Shown in pieces: positions 48,745 through 58,515 of a stretch of 64,000 nucleotides of DNA. Below the pieces are notes generated by a model that worked only from the letters and a program-made list of their open reading frames with translations, made no database searches and had not been told where the DNA came from. Origin of the DNA: an uncultured Actinomycetes bacterium (GTDB taxonomy: Bacteria; Actinomycetota; Acidimicrobiia; IMCC26256; DASPTH01); contig CAVRJC010000012.1 of assembly GCA_963721435.1 (NCBI GenBank), forward strand, positions 215,488 to 279,487. The letters are read 5' to 3'. Every line of letters starts with the position of its first letter. Positions within the stretch are counted from its first letter, which is position 1. The position numbers and the translations under genes were made by a program.

Positions 48745-50226
48745 TCAAGCAGTGGCTTCGAAGTCCATCTCGCCGACGGTGCGGTCGGCCGGGAGACGGT
48801 GCTTGGCGAGGCGCCCGGTCGGCGTGTGCGGCAGCTCGTCGACGATCTCGATGAAGCGCGGCACCTTGAACGCGGCAACCCGCTCCCGCACGAACGCATG
48901 CACCGAGACGAGATCGACGGCGGCGCCGGGGACGACGGTGATGAACGCCTTCACGTCTTCTTCCGAGAGCTCCGATTGCACGCCGATGACCGCCGCTTCG
49001 GCGATGTCGGGATGGTGCTCGAGCGCGGCTTCGACCTCGGCCGGCGACAGGTTCTCGCCGCGGCGGCGGATCACCTCCTTCTCGCGCCCGAGGAACGTGA
49101 AGGTGTCGTCGTCGTTCGCGAGCACGAGATCACCGGTGCGCAGCCAGCCGTCGTGCATGACCGCCGCGGTCTCGTCCGGCATCTCGAAGTACCCGCGCAT
49201 GATCACCGGGTTGCGCAGCTCGAGCTCCCCCACCGCGCCCGCGCCGAGCACCGTGCCGTCATCACCAACGACGCGCGCGTCGTTCACGTGACCGAGGGTC
49301 GGATGCTGCCGCGCCGATCCCAGCGTTGCGAACGGGCGCGTGCCGTGCCGCCAGATCAACCCGTACGGGCTCTCCGACAGCGCGTACCCGCAGACCAGCT
49401 CGAGCCCGAAGCGAGCTTCGATCTCCTCGTGCCGCTCACGTTCGGGTGAAGGGCCCGTGTAACAGAGGCGCAGCGGTGTGTCGGCGTCGTCGGGTCGCGG
49501 CGGTTGGCGCATCAGGATCTCGAGCATGGCCCCGATCGCGTTGAACTCCGTCGCCCCGAACCGGCGCGCCGCGTCGAGGAACCCGCTCGCAGAGAACGAC
49601 GGGAGCAACGCGAGGCTGGCGCGCGCGGCAACCGATCCGAGCACGGAGTATGCGGGCGCGTTGATGTGGAACAACGGCAGCGACGTCATCAGCCGGTCGT
49701 CGCGCGTGAGCTGCATCCAGTACGGGAACCCCTCCCCTGCCATCACGTAGGCGAGGTGGGTCTGCATCACGAGCTTCGAACGCCCGGTCGTGCCCGAGGT
49801 CGGGATCATGACCGCGACATCGGACGGGTCGACGGCCGCGGGCCCGAGACCGTCCGGTGTGCCGCCGAACAGCCCGGCGACGTTCGCATCGGACACCACG
49901 AAGCGCGGCGCGACCTGGGCGACGAAGCCCTCGAGCTCGGCTTCGGTGCCCTGCGGGTTGACCGGCACCTGGATCGCACCGACCTCCATGAGCGCGAACC
50001 ACGTGAGGAGGTACTCGGGCGTGCTCCGCGCGGTCACGAGGACACGATCACCGCCGCCGATGCCTTCCGCGCGCAACGCGCTCGCCGCACGCTCGATCCG
50101 GTCCTGCGCCTGCGCGTAGCTCAGCACCCCGTCGTCGGAGTGCAGCCATGCTTGGTCGGGGACCTCGTCGACCGCGGCCCGGAACATCGCGGGGATCGTC
50201 CGAGTGTCGCCCGAGATCTCGATCAC
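48745..50226 (-). CDS. AMP-dependent acyl-CoA synthetase/ligase
   Basis: AMP motif MIPTSGTTGRSKLV, LRTGDL, GENLSPAEVE. 493 aa, intact. Confidence 0.9.
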   Translation of the reverse strand: MIEISGDTRTIPAMFRAAVDEVPDQAWLHSDDGVLSYAQAQDRIERAASALRAEGIGGGDRVLVTARSTPEYLLTWFALMEVGAIQVPVNPQGTEAELEGFVAQVAPRFVVSDANVAGLFGGTPDGLGPAAVDPSDVAVMIPTSGTTGRSKLVMQTHLAYVMAGEGFPYWMQLTRDDRLMTSLPLFHINAPAYSVLGSVAARASLALLPSFSASGFLDAARRFGATEFNAIGAMLEILMRQPPRPDDADTPLRLCYTGPSPERERHEEIEARFGLELVCGYALSESPYGLIWRHGTRPFATLGSARQHPTLGHVNDARVVGDDGTVLGAGAVGELELRNPVIMRGYFEMPDETAAVMHDGWLRTGDLVLANDDDTFTFLGREKEVIRRRGENLSPAEVEAALEHHPDIAEAAVIGVQSELSEEDVKAFITVVPGAAVDLVSVHAFVRERVAAFKVPRFIEIVDELPHTPTGRLAKHRLPADRTVGEMDFEATA

Positions 50227-50269
50227 GGCCGAGTGATGAGGTCCTTGGCAGTCACGCGGGGATCTGGGG

Positions 50270-51988
50270 TCACGCGTGACCGGGGACGGTCACCGAGTCG
50301 GTGTCGACGCCCGACTTCAGCAAGGTTCCCGCGAGGTCACCGGTGAGCTTGCCGCCGTCGACCACTTCCCGTCCGCCGACGAGCACGCGGTCGATCCCGC
50401 GCGCCTCGGCGAAGAGGCGCTCGCCGCCGGCAGGAAGGTCGAACCGGGCCACGAGCGGCTCGGTCGCGATCTCGTCGGGATCGAAGATCATGAGGTCGGC
50501 GTGCGCACCCGCGGCGACGCGGCCGCGGTCTCGGAGGCCGTAGAGCCGCGCGGGGGCGTCGGTCATCATGCGCACACCGGTCTCGAGCGAGAACAGCTGA
50601 CGCTCGCGCACGCAGTCGCCGAGCACGACGGTCGGGTAGTTCGCGTGGCACAGGAGATCGAGGTGCGCCCCGGCGTCGGAGCCGCCGAGCACGACGCGCT
50701 CGTCCTGCCAGATCTCGGCTCGGGCACGCCACGCGTCGTCGGTGCGCCCGAGCGACGGCACGAGCGACGGGAGCACCATCGTGAGCGGCAGCTGCTCGGG
50801 CAAGACGACGTCGAGCAGCACGTCGACCGGCTCCGCGCCGCGCTCGCGCGCCACGGCTTCGATGGTCATGCCGACGTACGGCTCCGACTCCGGTGACCGC
50901 GCCTCGGCGATCTCGATCATGTGCCACTGCCCGATGGTCTCGATACCGCGGGCGGCGGCGGTGTCGATCGCCTCCTTGAGGCGCCGACGCACCGCCGGGT
51001 CCTGGAGCGCGGCCCGACGCTCGGCGGGGGGCATCGCGTTGACCTCCGCGAACTCCGGCTGCATGTCGAGCAGGTTGTTGGCACGGACGCGGAGCATGTC
51101 GGGGATCGCGAGCGCGACAACCTGCGCACCACGACTCGCGGCGAGATCCGACGCCGTGAGCTGCTCCTCGTAGATCTCGACCGGCGACATGCCGCCGAGC
51201 AGGTTCCAGTTGAGGGGGCGGTTCGCAGCAAGCGAGAGCTCGGTCATGAGGTCCATGCGGTCGCGGGAGATCTCGCCGATCGCAGGGATGAACTCGAGGA
51301 TCGTGCCCTCGTGCTCGCTGAGCACCCGCGCCATCGCGACGAGCTCGTCGAGCGACGCCGTGCGCGCGGGAACGGTGTGGCCGTTGCCGTCCATGTGCGC
51401 GTCGTCGCGAGAGCCGGACCATCCGAGCGCGCCGGCCTCGATGGCGGCGTGGAGCATCCGGGCCATCGTCGCGAGCTGCTCGTCGGTTGCCTCCTGCTCG
51501 ACTGCGGCGGCGCCCATCGCGGCGCGTCGCAGCGTGGAGTGCCCGACAAGGAAGCCGGCGTTGACACCGAGCTTGCCTTCGAAGCGGCTCAGGAAATCGC
51601 CGAAGGAGAGCCAGTCCCAGGGGAGGGAGCGCAGCGTGTCGCGCGGGATGCCTTCGACGACCGCCATCATCTCGATGATGTAGTCGGCGTCGTTCTCACC
51701 GAGCGGGGCGATCGAGAACCCGCAGTTGCCGGCCACGACCGACGTGACCCCGTGCAGCGGAGACGGGCTCGCGGCGGGATCCCACATGAGCTGGGCGTCG
51801 TAGTGCGTGTGGATGTCGATGACGCCGGGCGCGACGATCAACCCGTCGCAGTCGAGGGTCCGGCTCGCCGGCTCGTCGGTGTCACCGATACTGACGATGC
51901 GGCCATCGCGGATGCCGACGTCGGCGCGGTAACGGGACCGCCCGGTGCCGTCGACGATCTCACCGTTGCGAAGCAGAAGATCGAGCAT
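50270..51988 (-). CDS. N-acyl-D-amino-acid deacylase (D-aminoacylase) family amidohydrolase
   Basis: MLDLLLRNGEIVDGTGRSRYRADVGIRDGRIVSIGD, PGVIDIHTHYD. 572 aa, intact. Confidence 0.9.
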   Translation of the reverse strand: MLDLLLRNGEIVDGTGRSRYRADVGIRDGRIVSIGDTDEPASRTLDCDGLIVAPGVIDIHTHYDAQLMWDPAASPSPLHGVTSVVAGNCGFSIAPLGENDADYIIEMMAVVEGIPRDTLRSLPWDWLSFGDFLSRFEGKLGVNAGFLVGHSTLRRAAMGAAAVEQEATDEQLATMARMLHAAIEAGALGWSGSRDDAHMDGNGHTVPARTASLDELVAMARVLSEHEGTILEFIPAIGEISRDRMDLMTELSLAANRPLNWNLLGGMSPVEIYEEQLTASDLAASRGAQVVALAIPDMLRVRANNLLDMQPEFAEVNAMPPAERRAALQDPAVRRRLKEAIDTAAARGIETIGQWHMIEIAEARSPESEPYVGMTIEAVARERGAEPVDVLLDVVLPEQLPLTMVLPSLVPSLGRTDDAWRARAEIWQDERVVLGGSDAGAHLDLLCHANYPTVVLGDCVRERQLFSLETGVRMMTDAPARLYGLRDRGRVAAGAHADLMIFDPDEIATEPLVARFDLPAGGERLFAEARGIDRVLVGGREVVDGGKLTGDLAGTLLKSGVDTDSVTVPGHA

Positions 51989-52050
51989 GGACGTGCGCTC
52001 CCCCGAGAATTCGTGACCGGATCAGGCAGACCGCAGAGATAGTAGGACGG

Positions 52051-54152
52051 TCACGCCCCGAGGGGCGCGGGCTCCGGTGCGACCGAACCGGGCACCGACG
52101 TCGCGCGGTCGTCGAGCGGTGCGGGCCGCAGGTCGAGCCGTCGCAGGAGCTGGGCGTTGAACGCGACGACAATGGTCGACATGCTCATGAGGACGGCACC
52201 GGCCGCGGGCGACAAGTTGATCCCAGCCCACGCGAGCGCGCCGGCGGCAAGTGGGATCGCGACGACGTTGTATCCCGCGCCCCACGCCAGGTTCTGCACC
52301 ATCTTGCGGTAGCTCGCCCGCGACAGGTCGATGACACCGATCACGCTCCGCGGATCGGACGACGCGAGCACGACACCCGCCGATTCGATCGCGACGTCGG
52401 TCCCCGCGCCGATGGCGATCCCGACGTCGGCACGCGCCAGCGCCGGCGCGTCGTTCACCCCGTCGCCGACCATCGCCACCTTCAACCCGCGTGCCTGGAG
52501 CTCGGCAACCGCGTGGTCCTTGTCTTCGGGGAGCACTTCGGCGAACACCTCGTCGACCGCCAGCTGCTGCCCGACGCGGTCGGCGACCTGCTGCGCGTCG
52601 CCCGTGATCATCACGACCTTGATGCCGACGCGCATGCAGATCGCGCACCGCCGCGTACGACTCTGGGCGGACTTCGTCCTCGAGTGCGAACGCGCCGACC
52701 ACGGTGTCGGCGTGCACGACGTGGAGCACCGACGCCCCGCGGCCCTTCCAGGCAGCGATCTTCTCGACCAGTCCGTCGGGCTCCATGAGCCCGCGCTCGC
52801 GGAGGAGTGCGGGCCCGCCCACCGCGACGGCCACGCCGTCGACGGTGGCTTCGACCCCGCGGCCGGCGAGCGACCGGAACGCGGTCGCAACCGGAGGCGT
52901 GCCATGGGCCTGCGCGGCCGCGACGACTGCACGCGCAAGCGGATGCTCACTGTCGGCTTCGACGGCAGCAGCGATGGCGAGGAGCGCGTTCGCGTCGGCA
53001 ACTCCCGAGCCTGGGACCACCGCGGTGTCGGTGACCGCGTGATGGCCCGTGGTGAGGGTGCCGGTCTTGTCGAAGAGAACCGCGTCGACGATGCGCATGC
53101 GCTCGAGCGCGAGGCGGTCCTTGATCAGGATCCCTGCACGTGCCGACACCGCGGTCGCGAGCGCGATCACGAGTGGGATGGCCAACCCGAGCGCGTGCGG
53201 GCACGCGATCACCAGCACGGTGACCGTGCGCTCGACCGCGTCGTCCGCGGTGCCGATGGCGAGCCACGTGAAGAAGGTGATCACCGCGGCGGCCGTTGCC
53301 ACGTAGAACAAGAAGGCCGCGGCGCGATCAGCGAGTGCCTGCGCGCGCGAGCGCGACGACTGCGCTTCCGCGACGAGCCGCTGGATGCCCGCGAGTGCGG
53401 TGCCGTCACCCACTGCGGTGACCTGCATGCGAATGGCGGAATCGGTGGCAACCGTGCCCGCGACGACGCGGTCCCGGGCGCGCTTCGCCACCGGACGCGA
53501 CTCACCCGTGACCATCGACTCGTCGACTTCGGCCTCGCCTTCGGTGATCTGACCATCAGCAGGGATGCGCGCCCCCGGTCGGACCAGCACGATGTCGTCG
53601 ACCGCGAGCGACCCGAGCGGCACCGTCTCGACCTGACCGTCGGGCAACACCCGATCCGCTTCGTCGGGCAAGAGCTCGGCCAGCGCCGCGAGCGCGCCTT
53701 CGGCCTGGCCGATGGCCTTCATCTCCAACCAGTGACCGAGCAGCATGATCACGATCAGGAGCGCGAGCTCCCACCAGAAGTCGAGATCGAGGTTGCCGAC
53801 GTGGAAGCTCGTCGCGACGCTCGCCACGAACGAGACCGTGATGGCGAGGCCGATGAGCAGCATCATCCCCGGCTGGCGAGCTCGGATCTCGGAGACCGCG
53901 CCGGTCAGGAACGGCCAGCCGCCGTAGAAGAAGAGGATGGTGCCGAAGACGGGCGCGACCCACGCCGTCCCGGACGGGAGGTCGTAGCCGAGCAGATCGC
54001 CGAACATGTGGCTGAACCCGACGACCGGGACCGCGAGCAGCAGGCTCCACCAGAAACGAGTCCGGAACATCGCGACGTGGTCGCCGTGACCGCCGTGGCC
54101 CGTGACCACCGTGCCCCGTATGCTCGTCGTGGGCCGCGTCGCCGTGGTTCAT
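52051..54152 (-). pseudogene. copB: P1B-type heavy-metal ATPase, CopB-like (CPH motif, His-rich N-terminus), two apparent +1 frame changes (~54098-54101 and ~52627-52635)
   Basis: ATG 54152 overlaps the ArsR stop (ATGA): [18 protein letters not shown], then the next frame [24 protein letters not shown] (VIACPHALG) and DKTGTLT are in the 52022..54109 frame. [21 protein letters not shown] is in the 52051..53001 frame. Confidence 0.8.
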
Positions 54153-54532
54153 CGGGACCCCGCCAGTTGTGAGAGGCGGATGAGCTCGCGCAGGCAGTGC
54201 TCGAGCAGGGGCTCTGGGAAGCTCCGCGCGAGCCGGTAGTAGACGGTGCGGCCTGCCTTGCGCGCCTCGACGAGCCCGGCCGTGCGGAGGATCCGCAGCC
54301 CGTACCCCACCGAGTCCTCACTGGCCCCGATGGCCAAGGCGACATCGCCCACGCACAGCTCTTCGACCAGGTTCAGCGCAGAGAGAATGCGCAACCGCAC
54401 GGGATCGGCGAGCAGCGACAGGAGGCTCCCGAGGCGCGCCGCGTCCTCGGCCGTCACCCCCTGCGCACGGGCCTGCTCGACCCGGGAGGGATCGACGGCG
54501 TTCTCGGGCTGGACCTCGGGCACAGCCTGCAT
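54149..54532 (-). CDS. ArsR/SmtB-family metalloregulator
   Basis: ATG 54532. LADPVRLRILSAL..ELCVGDVALAIGASEDSVGYGLRILRTAGLV. Confidence 0.88.
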   Translation of the reverse strand: MQAVPEVQPENAVDPSRVEQARAQGVTAEDAARLGSLLSLLADPVRLRILSALNLVEELCVGDVALAIGASEDSVGYGLRILRTAGLVEARKAGRTVYYRLARSFPEPLLEHCLRELIRLSQLAGSR

Positions 54533-54554
54533 ATCCGTATGATCGCACGGATAT
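54531..54554. promoter_or_regulatory. candidate ArsR operator: ATATCCGT-N8-ACGGATAT
   Basis: Perfect 8-bp arms overlapping the arsR start codon and a GATCAT -10-like hexamer. Followed by the palindrome ATCCGGAT (54553-54560). Confidence 0.45.
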
Positions 54555-54610
54555 CCGGATGTCGCAAGGCCCACTCCCGGGGGTGGGGGGGACCGCCGGA
54601 AGGGGCCAGA

Positions 54611-55768
54611 ATGGCCGCCATGGCCGCGCCGGTTCGCACGCTCTACGACCCGGAAGCCGCCGCGAGCAGGGACGACCTGTACGCGACCTATCACACCCTG
54701 CGCGACCAGCACCCCGTGTACCTCGATCCCGACGGCCGCTTCGCCGCGCTCACCCGGTTCGCGGACGTCGCCGAGGCCGCGACCGATGCCGCGACCTACT
54801 CGTCGGAGATCACGGCGAACACGACGCTCGTCCACCCGATCCTCGCCCAGCTCGACCCACCCCGGCACACCGCGATGCGCCGCTTGATCCTGCGCGCGTT
54901 CACGCCATCGCGGGTCGCCGAACGAGAGGCCGAGATCCGCGCGATCGCCGTCGAGCTGCTGGAACGCGCGATCGAGCGCGACACCTTCGATCTCATCGGC
55001 GACTTCGCCGCCCTCCTGCCGAGCATCGTGATGGGCCGGCTCGTCGGTATCCCCGACGAGCTCATCCCGACGTGTCGCGAGATCTCCGACCTGCACATGC
55101 GGCGCATCTCGCAGCGCGACGCGCTCGTACCCATGGGCATGAGCGACGAGCTCTTCCGGCCGCTCCTCGCGGCGCGGCGCGCGGCGCCGGCCGACGATCT
55201 CCTGAGCGCGCTCGTCACTGCGGAAGTCGACGGCCGTGGTCTCACCGACGAAGAGCTCCTCGGGTTCTGCTACCTGTTGCTCATCGGCGGCAACGACACC
55301 ACGACGAACTGGATCGGCAACACCGCGGTGCTCCTCGCGCAGCGCCCCGACCTGCGTGCCGACCTGGCCGACGAGCCCTCAGTGCTTCCGGTCGCGCTCG
55401 AGGAGTCCTTACGGTTCGAGAGCCCGACCCAGCTCCTGCCCCGCCGCACGACCCGAGACGTCGAGCTCCACGACACGGTGATCGCCGCGGGCACACGCGT
55501 GCTGCTCGTGTGGGGCGCCGCGAATCGCGACGAGCGTGAGTTCCCGTACGCCGAGCGATTCGCCGTCGACCGATCGGAGTCACGCCACCTCGCGTTCGGC
55601 CAGGGCATCCACTTCTGCCTGGGTGCCGCGCTGGCGCGACTCGAGGCGCGCGTCGCGTTCGAAGAGCTCCTCGGGCGCATTCCGTTGTATCAGGTGGTGG
55701 GCATGCCCGAGCCGGTGCGTTCGAGCTGGGCACTCGGCTGGGCGCGCGTGCTCGCACGCGTGGGCTGA
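54611..55768 (+). CDS. cytochrome P450
   Basis: ATG 54611. I-helix LLIGGNDTT, EESLRFESP, heme loop FGQGIHFCLGAALAR. Confidence 0.88.
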   Translation: MAAMAAPVRTLYDPEAAASRDDLYATYHTLRDQHPVYLDPDGRFAALTRFADVAEAATDAATYSSEITANTTLVHPILAQLDPPRHTAMRRLILRAFTPSRVAEREAEIRAIAVELLERAIERDTFDLIGDFAALLPSIVMGRLVGIPDELIPTCREISDLHMRRISQRDALVPMGMSDELFRPLLAARRAAPADDLLSALVTAEVDGRGLTDEELLGFCYLLLIGGNDTTTNWIGNTAVLLAQRPDLRADLADEPSVLPVALEESLRFESPTQLLPRRTTRDVELHDTVIAAGTRVLLVWGAANRDEREFPYAERFAVDRSESRHLAFGQGIHFCLGAALARLEARVAFEELLGRIPLYQVVGMPEPVRSSWALGWARVLARVG

Positions 55769-56601
55769 TGGGCGCGCCACGCCCCGATCTGGCGCTCACA
55801 CCGCTCGACGCGTCGTTCGGTGCCCGCGTCGAGGGCCTCGACCTCACGTCGTCGATCACGCCCGACGTCGAGGCCGCGCTGCAGGCCGCGCTCGACCAGT
55901 ACCACCTGCTCGTCATCCACGTTTCCGATCTGCCCTCCGGGGGCCAACAACGGCTCGCGGCAGTATTCGGGCCTCTGCTCGACGAGAGTCGCGACGGCAG
56001 CGGCTACACGCTGGTGTCCGACCGACCCGGCGGCTCGATACGCGAGGGCCCGTTGCTGTTCCACTCCGATCTCGCGTTCACGGCCACACCACTCGTCGCG
56101 ATCTCCCTCTACGCGCTCGAGGTGCCGGCGGCGGGAACTTCGACCCACTTCGCCGACGCCGTGGGCGCAGCACGGAAGCTGCGGCCGTCGACCGCCGAAG
56201 CCGTCCAGGGGCGGCACGCAGTCCACGTGTACCCACTCACGGACGCGCGCGGCGACCGCCGATTCCGTGTCGCCACCGTCGACCGGGACGCACCACGCGC
56301 CACGCACCCAGTCCTCATGCCGCACCCGCGCACCCACGAGCCGGTGCTGTTCGTCGGCCAGATGCAGACCGATGCAATCGTCGGGCTCGACGAGCCCGCC
56401 AGCGAAGCACTCCTCGCGGACCTGTGGTCGGAGCTGTACGCCCGCACGAACGTGTACACGCACCACTGGCGCGTCGGCGATCTCGTGGTGTGGGACAACC
56501 TGGCGGTGCAGCACGCGCGCGACGACGTCGTGCCCGGATCGGGACGCACGCTGCGACGGGTGCCCGTCGGCACGTACGCCGTGCAACTGCGCGAGGCCTG
56601 A
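55768..56601 (+). CDS. TauD/TfdA-family Fe(II)/2-oxoglutarate-dependent dioxygenase
   Basis: The ATG overlaps the P450 stop (TGATG). HSD iron motif (LLFHSDLAF). WDNLAVQHAR. Confidence 0.87.
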   Translation: MGAPRPDLALTPLDASFGARVEGLDLTSSITPDVEAALQAALDQYHLLVIHVSDLPSGGQQRLAAVFGPLLDESRDGSGYTLVSDRPGGSIREGPLLFHSDLAFTATPLVAISLYALEVPAAGTSTHFADAVGAARKLRPSTAEAVQGRHAVHVYPLTDARGDRRFRVATVDRDAPRATHPVLMPHPRTHEPVLFVGQMQTDAIVGLDEPASEALLADLWSELYARTNVYTHHWRVGDLVVWDNLAVQHARDDVVPGSGRTLRRVPVGTYAVQLREA

Positions 56602-56619
56602 CCCGGTAACCTGGCGCCC

Positions 56620-56724
56620 GTGTACTTCATCGGGGCCGGGATCTTCTTCTTCATCGCCATACTCTGCGTGATCGCGTGGGCGTCCATGAGGAAGCGCCGA
56701 CGCGAATACGAGCGGGGCGAATAG
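56620..56724 (+). CDS. possible 34-aa single-TM small protein (below the ORF-track length cutoff)
   Basis: TAACCT-N7-GTG 56620. VYFIGAGIFFFIAILCVIAWASMRKRRREYERGE*. Hydrophobic helix plus basic tail. G/C-rich third positions. Confidence 0.35.
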   Translation: MYFIGAGIFFFIAILCVIAWASMRKRRREYERGE

Positions 56725-56792
56725 CACCGCCTTCACCGAACCCTCACATTCGTCGGAAGGTCACCTGACACGTCAGGGATTGACTGATCGGT

Positions 56793-57692
56793 ATGAGCAC
56801 CGTGCAGAGCGTCGCCCCATCGGCTGCGTCACCCCACACCCCGGCCGACACCGCGGCGACGGCACACGACCGCACCACTCGCGCCGGGCTCGTCACCGGC
56901 CTCGTATTCGTCGGCGCGCTGGTGCTGGCGCTCCTCGTGCGGGGGAACGCCGCGTTCGGGATCGCGCTGCTGTTCCTGCTGTTCGTGCCGATCGAGAAGC
57001 TGTTCGCGCTCCGTCGTGACCAGAAGGTGTTCCGCAAGGGGCTCGTCACCGACCTGACCCACCTGCTCGTGAACAACCTGCTCATCACCGCGGGCGTCGT
57101 CGTGTTCGTGGCCGTGTCGGCACTCCCGTTCATCTGGATCCGGCAGTTCGGCATCGCGGGGCTGCTCCCCGCAGCGGTGTCGATCCCGCTCGCGGTCGCG
57201 CTGGTGTTCGTCGGCAACTACTGGGGTCACCGTCTCACCCACACCGTCCCGCAGCTCTGGCGCTTCCACTCGGTGCACCACAGCATCGAGCAGATGGACT
57301 GGGTCGCGTCCGGCCGCCTCCACCCGATCGACTCGGCGTTCACGCAGGCGTTCACGATCATGCCGCTGTTCATCCTCGGGTACGGCGGCGGCGTGTTCGC
57401 CGGAGTCGCCGTCTTCATCACGCTGCTTGCGCTGTTCCAGCACGCCAACGTGCGCCTCCGCTTCCCGTTCCTGCGGTGGGTGATCAACACGCCGGAGTGG
57501 CACCACTGGCACCACGCGCTCGACGACGAAGCCCGGGACAAGAACTTCGGCCTGCCGGTCGTCGACAAGATCTTCGGTACCGCCTACATGCCCAAGGGCA
57601 AGCGCCCGGCTGCCTTCGGCACCCACTCCCCGGTACCGCAGACCGGCTACCTCCAGCACCTCGCCTACCCCTTCACCGCCGCAGCTGCGTAG
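56793..57692 (+). CDS. fatty acid hydroxylase / sterol desaturase family membrane protein
   Basis: His boxes HRLTH, HSVHH, HHWHH. Several TM segments. Confidence 0.88.
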   Translation: MSTVQSVAPSAASPHTPADTAATAHDRTTRAGLVTGLVFVGALVLALLVRGNAAFGIALLFLLFVPIEKLFALRRDQKVFRKGLVTDLTHLLVNNLLITAGVVVFVAVSALPFIWIRQFGIAGLLPAAVSIPLAVALVFVGNYWGHRLTHTVPQLWRFHSVHHSIEQMDWVASGRLHPIDSAFTQAFTIMPLFILGYGGGVFAGVAVFITLLALFQHANVRLRFPFLRWVINTPEWHHWHHALDDEARDKNFGLPVVDKIFGTAYMPKGKRPAAFGTHSPVPQTGYLQHLAYPFTAAAA

Positions 57693-57702
57693 TCTCCGGC
57701 GC

Positions 57703-58494
57703 ATGCTGGAGCAGTTCCTCCTCACCGACCAGGTCGCGATCGTCACCGGCGCCGGGCGCGGCATCGGTGCCGCCATCGCGACGACGTTCGCGGAAGCCGG
57801 CGCCGACGTCGTGATCGTGTCGCGCACCGCGGAGCAGCTCGACGAAGTCGCCGGCGCGGTACGCGCCCACGGGCGCCGCGTGCTCGCGATCCCGGGTGAC
57901 GTCAACGACCTCGACTTCCTCGCGAGCGTCGTGGCGCGCGCCGTCGACGAGCTCGGGCGACTCGACATTCTCGTGAACAACGCGGGTGGCTCGCCGACGA
58001 AGGGCACCCTCGACACCGAAGTTACCGAGGTCGAGTCGTCGTTCCACTTCAACGTGTCGGTCCCGCTCGAGCTCAGTCGGCTCGTCGCGCCGCACATGCT
58101 CGCCGGAGCCGGCGGGGCGATCGTGAACATCGGGTCCGTCGCGGGCAAGCACGCCAACCGCGCGACACTCACCCACAGTCTCACCAAGGCCGCGATCGCG
58201 CAGCTCACCCGCTTGACCGCCGCCGACTTCTCCCCTCGCATCCGCGTCAACGCGGTGCTCCCCGGTGCGATCGAGACCGCCGCGCTCGTGCGGTGGCTCG
58301 ACTCGAAGGGTGCCGACGCGCGCGCGGCGATGGTCGCCAACACCCCGATGCGCCGGAACGGCACGCCCGACGACATCGCGGCCGCGGTGCTGTTCCTCGC
58401 CTCGCCGGCGGCGTCGTGGATCACCGGGAAGCTGCTCGAGGTCGACGGCGGCGCGGTCGCGTCGGTCCTCCCCAGCCAGATCCCCGACCTGTAG
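57703..58494 (+). CDS. SDR-family oxidoreductase
   Basis: VAIVTGAGRGIGAA, NNAG. The usual YxxxK position reads THSLTKAA (His in place of Tyr). Confidence 0.88.
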   Translation: MLEQFLLTDQVAIVTGAGRGIGAAIATTFAEAGADVVIVSRTAEQLDEVAGAVRAHGRRVLAIPGDVNDLDFLASVVARAVDELGRLDILVNNAGGSPTKGTLDTEVTEVESSFHFNVSVPLELSRLVAPHMLAGAGGAIVNIGSVAGKHANRATLTHSLTKAAIAQLTRLTAADFSPRIRVNAVLPGAIETAALVRWLDSKGADARAAMVANTPMRRNGTPDDIAAAVLFLASPAASWITGKLLEVDGGAVASVLPSQIPDL

Positions 58495-58515
58495 CCGACA
58501 GCTAGCGTTCCCGCG

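Noticed and set aside
54579-54605. G-runs (GGGGG-T-GGGGGGG..GGAAGGGG) as a possible G-quadruplex between arsR and the P450 gene
   Set aside because: Only three substantial G-tracts are present. The last one coincides with the likely ribosome-binding site (GGAAGGGG) of the P450 gene. This is insufficient for a four-tract quadruplex call.
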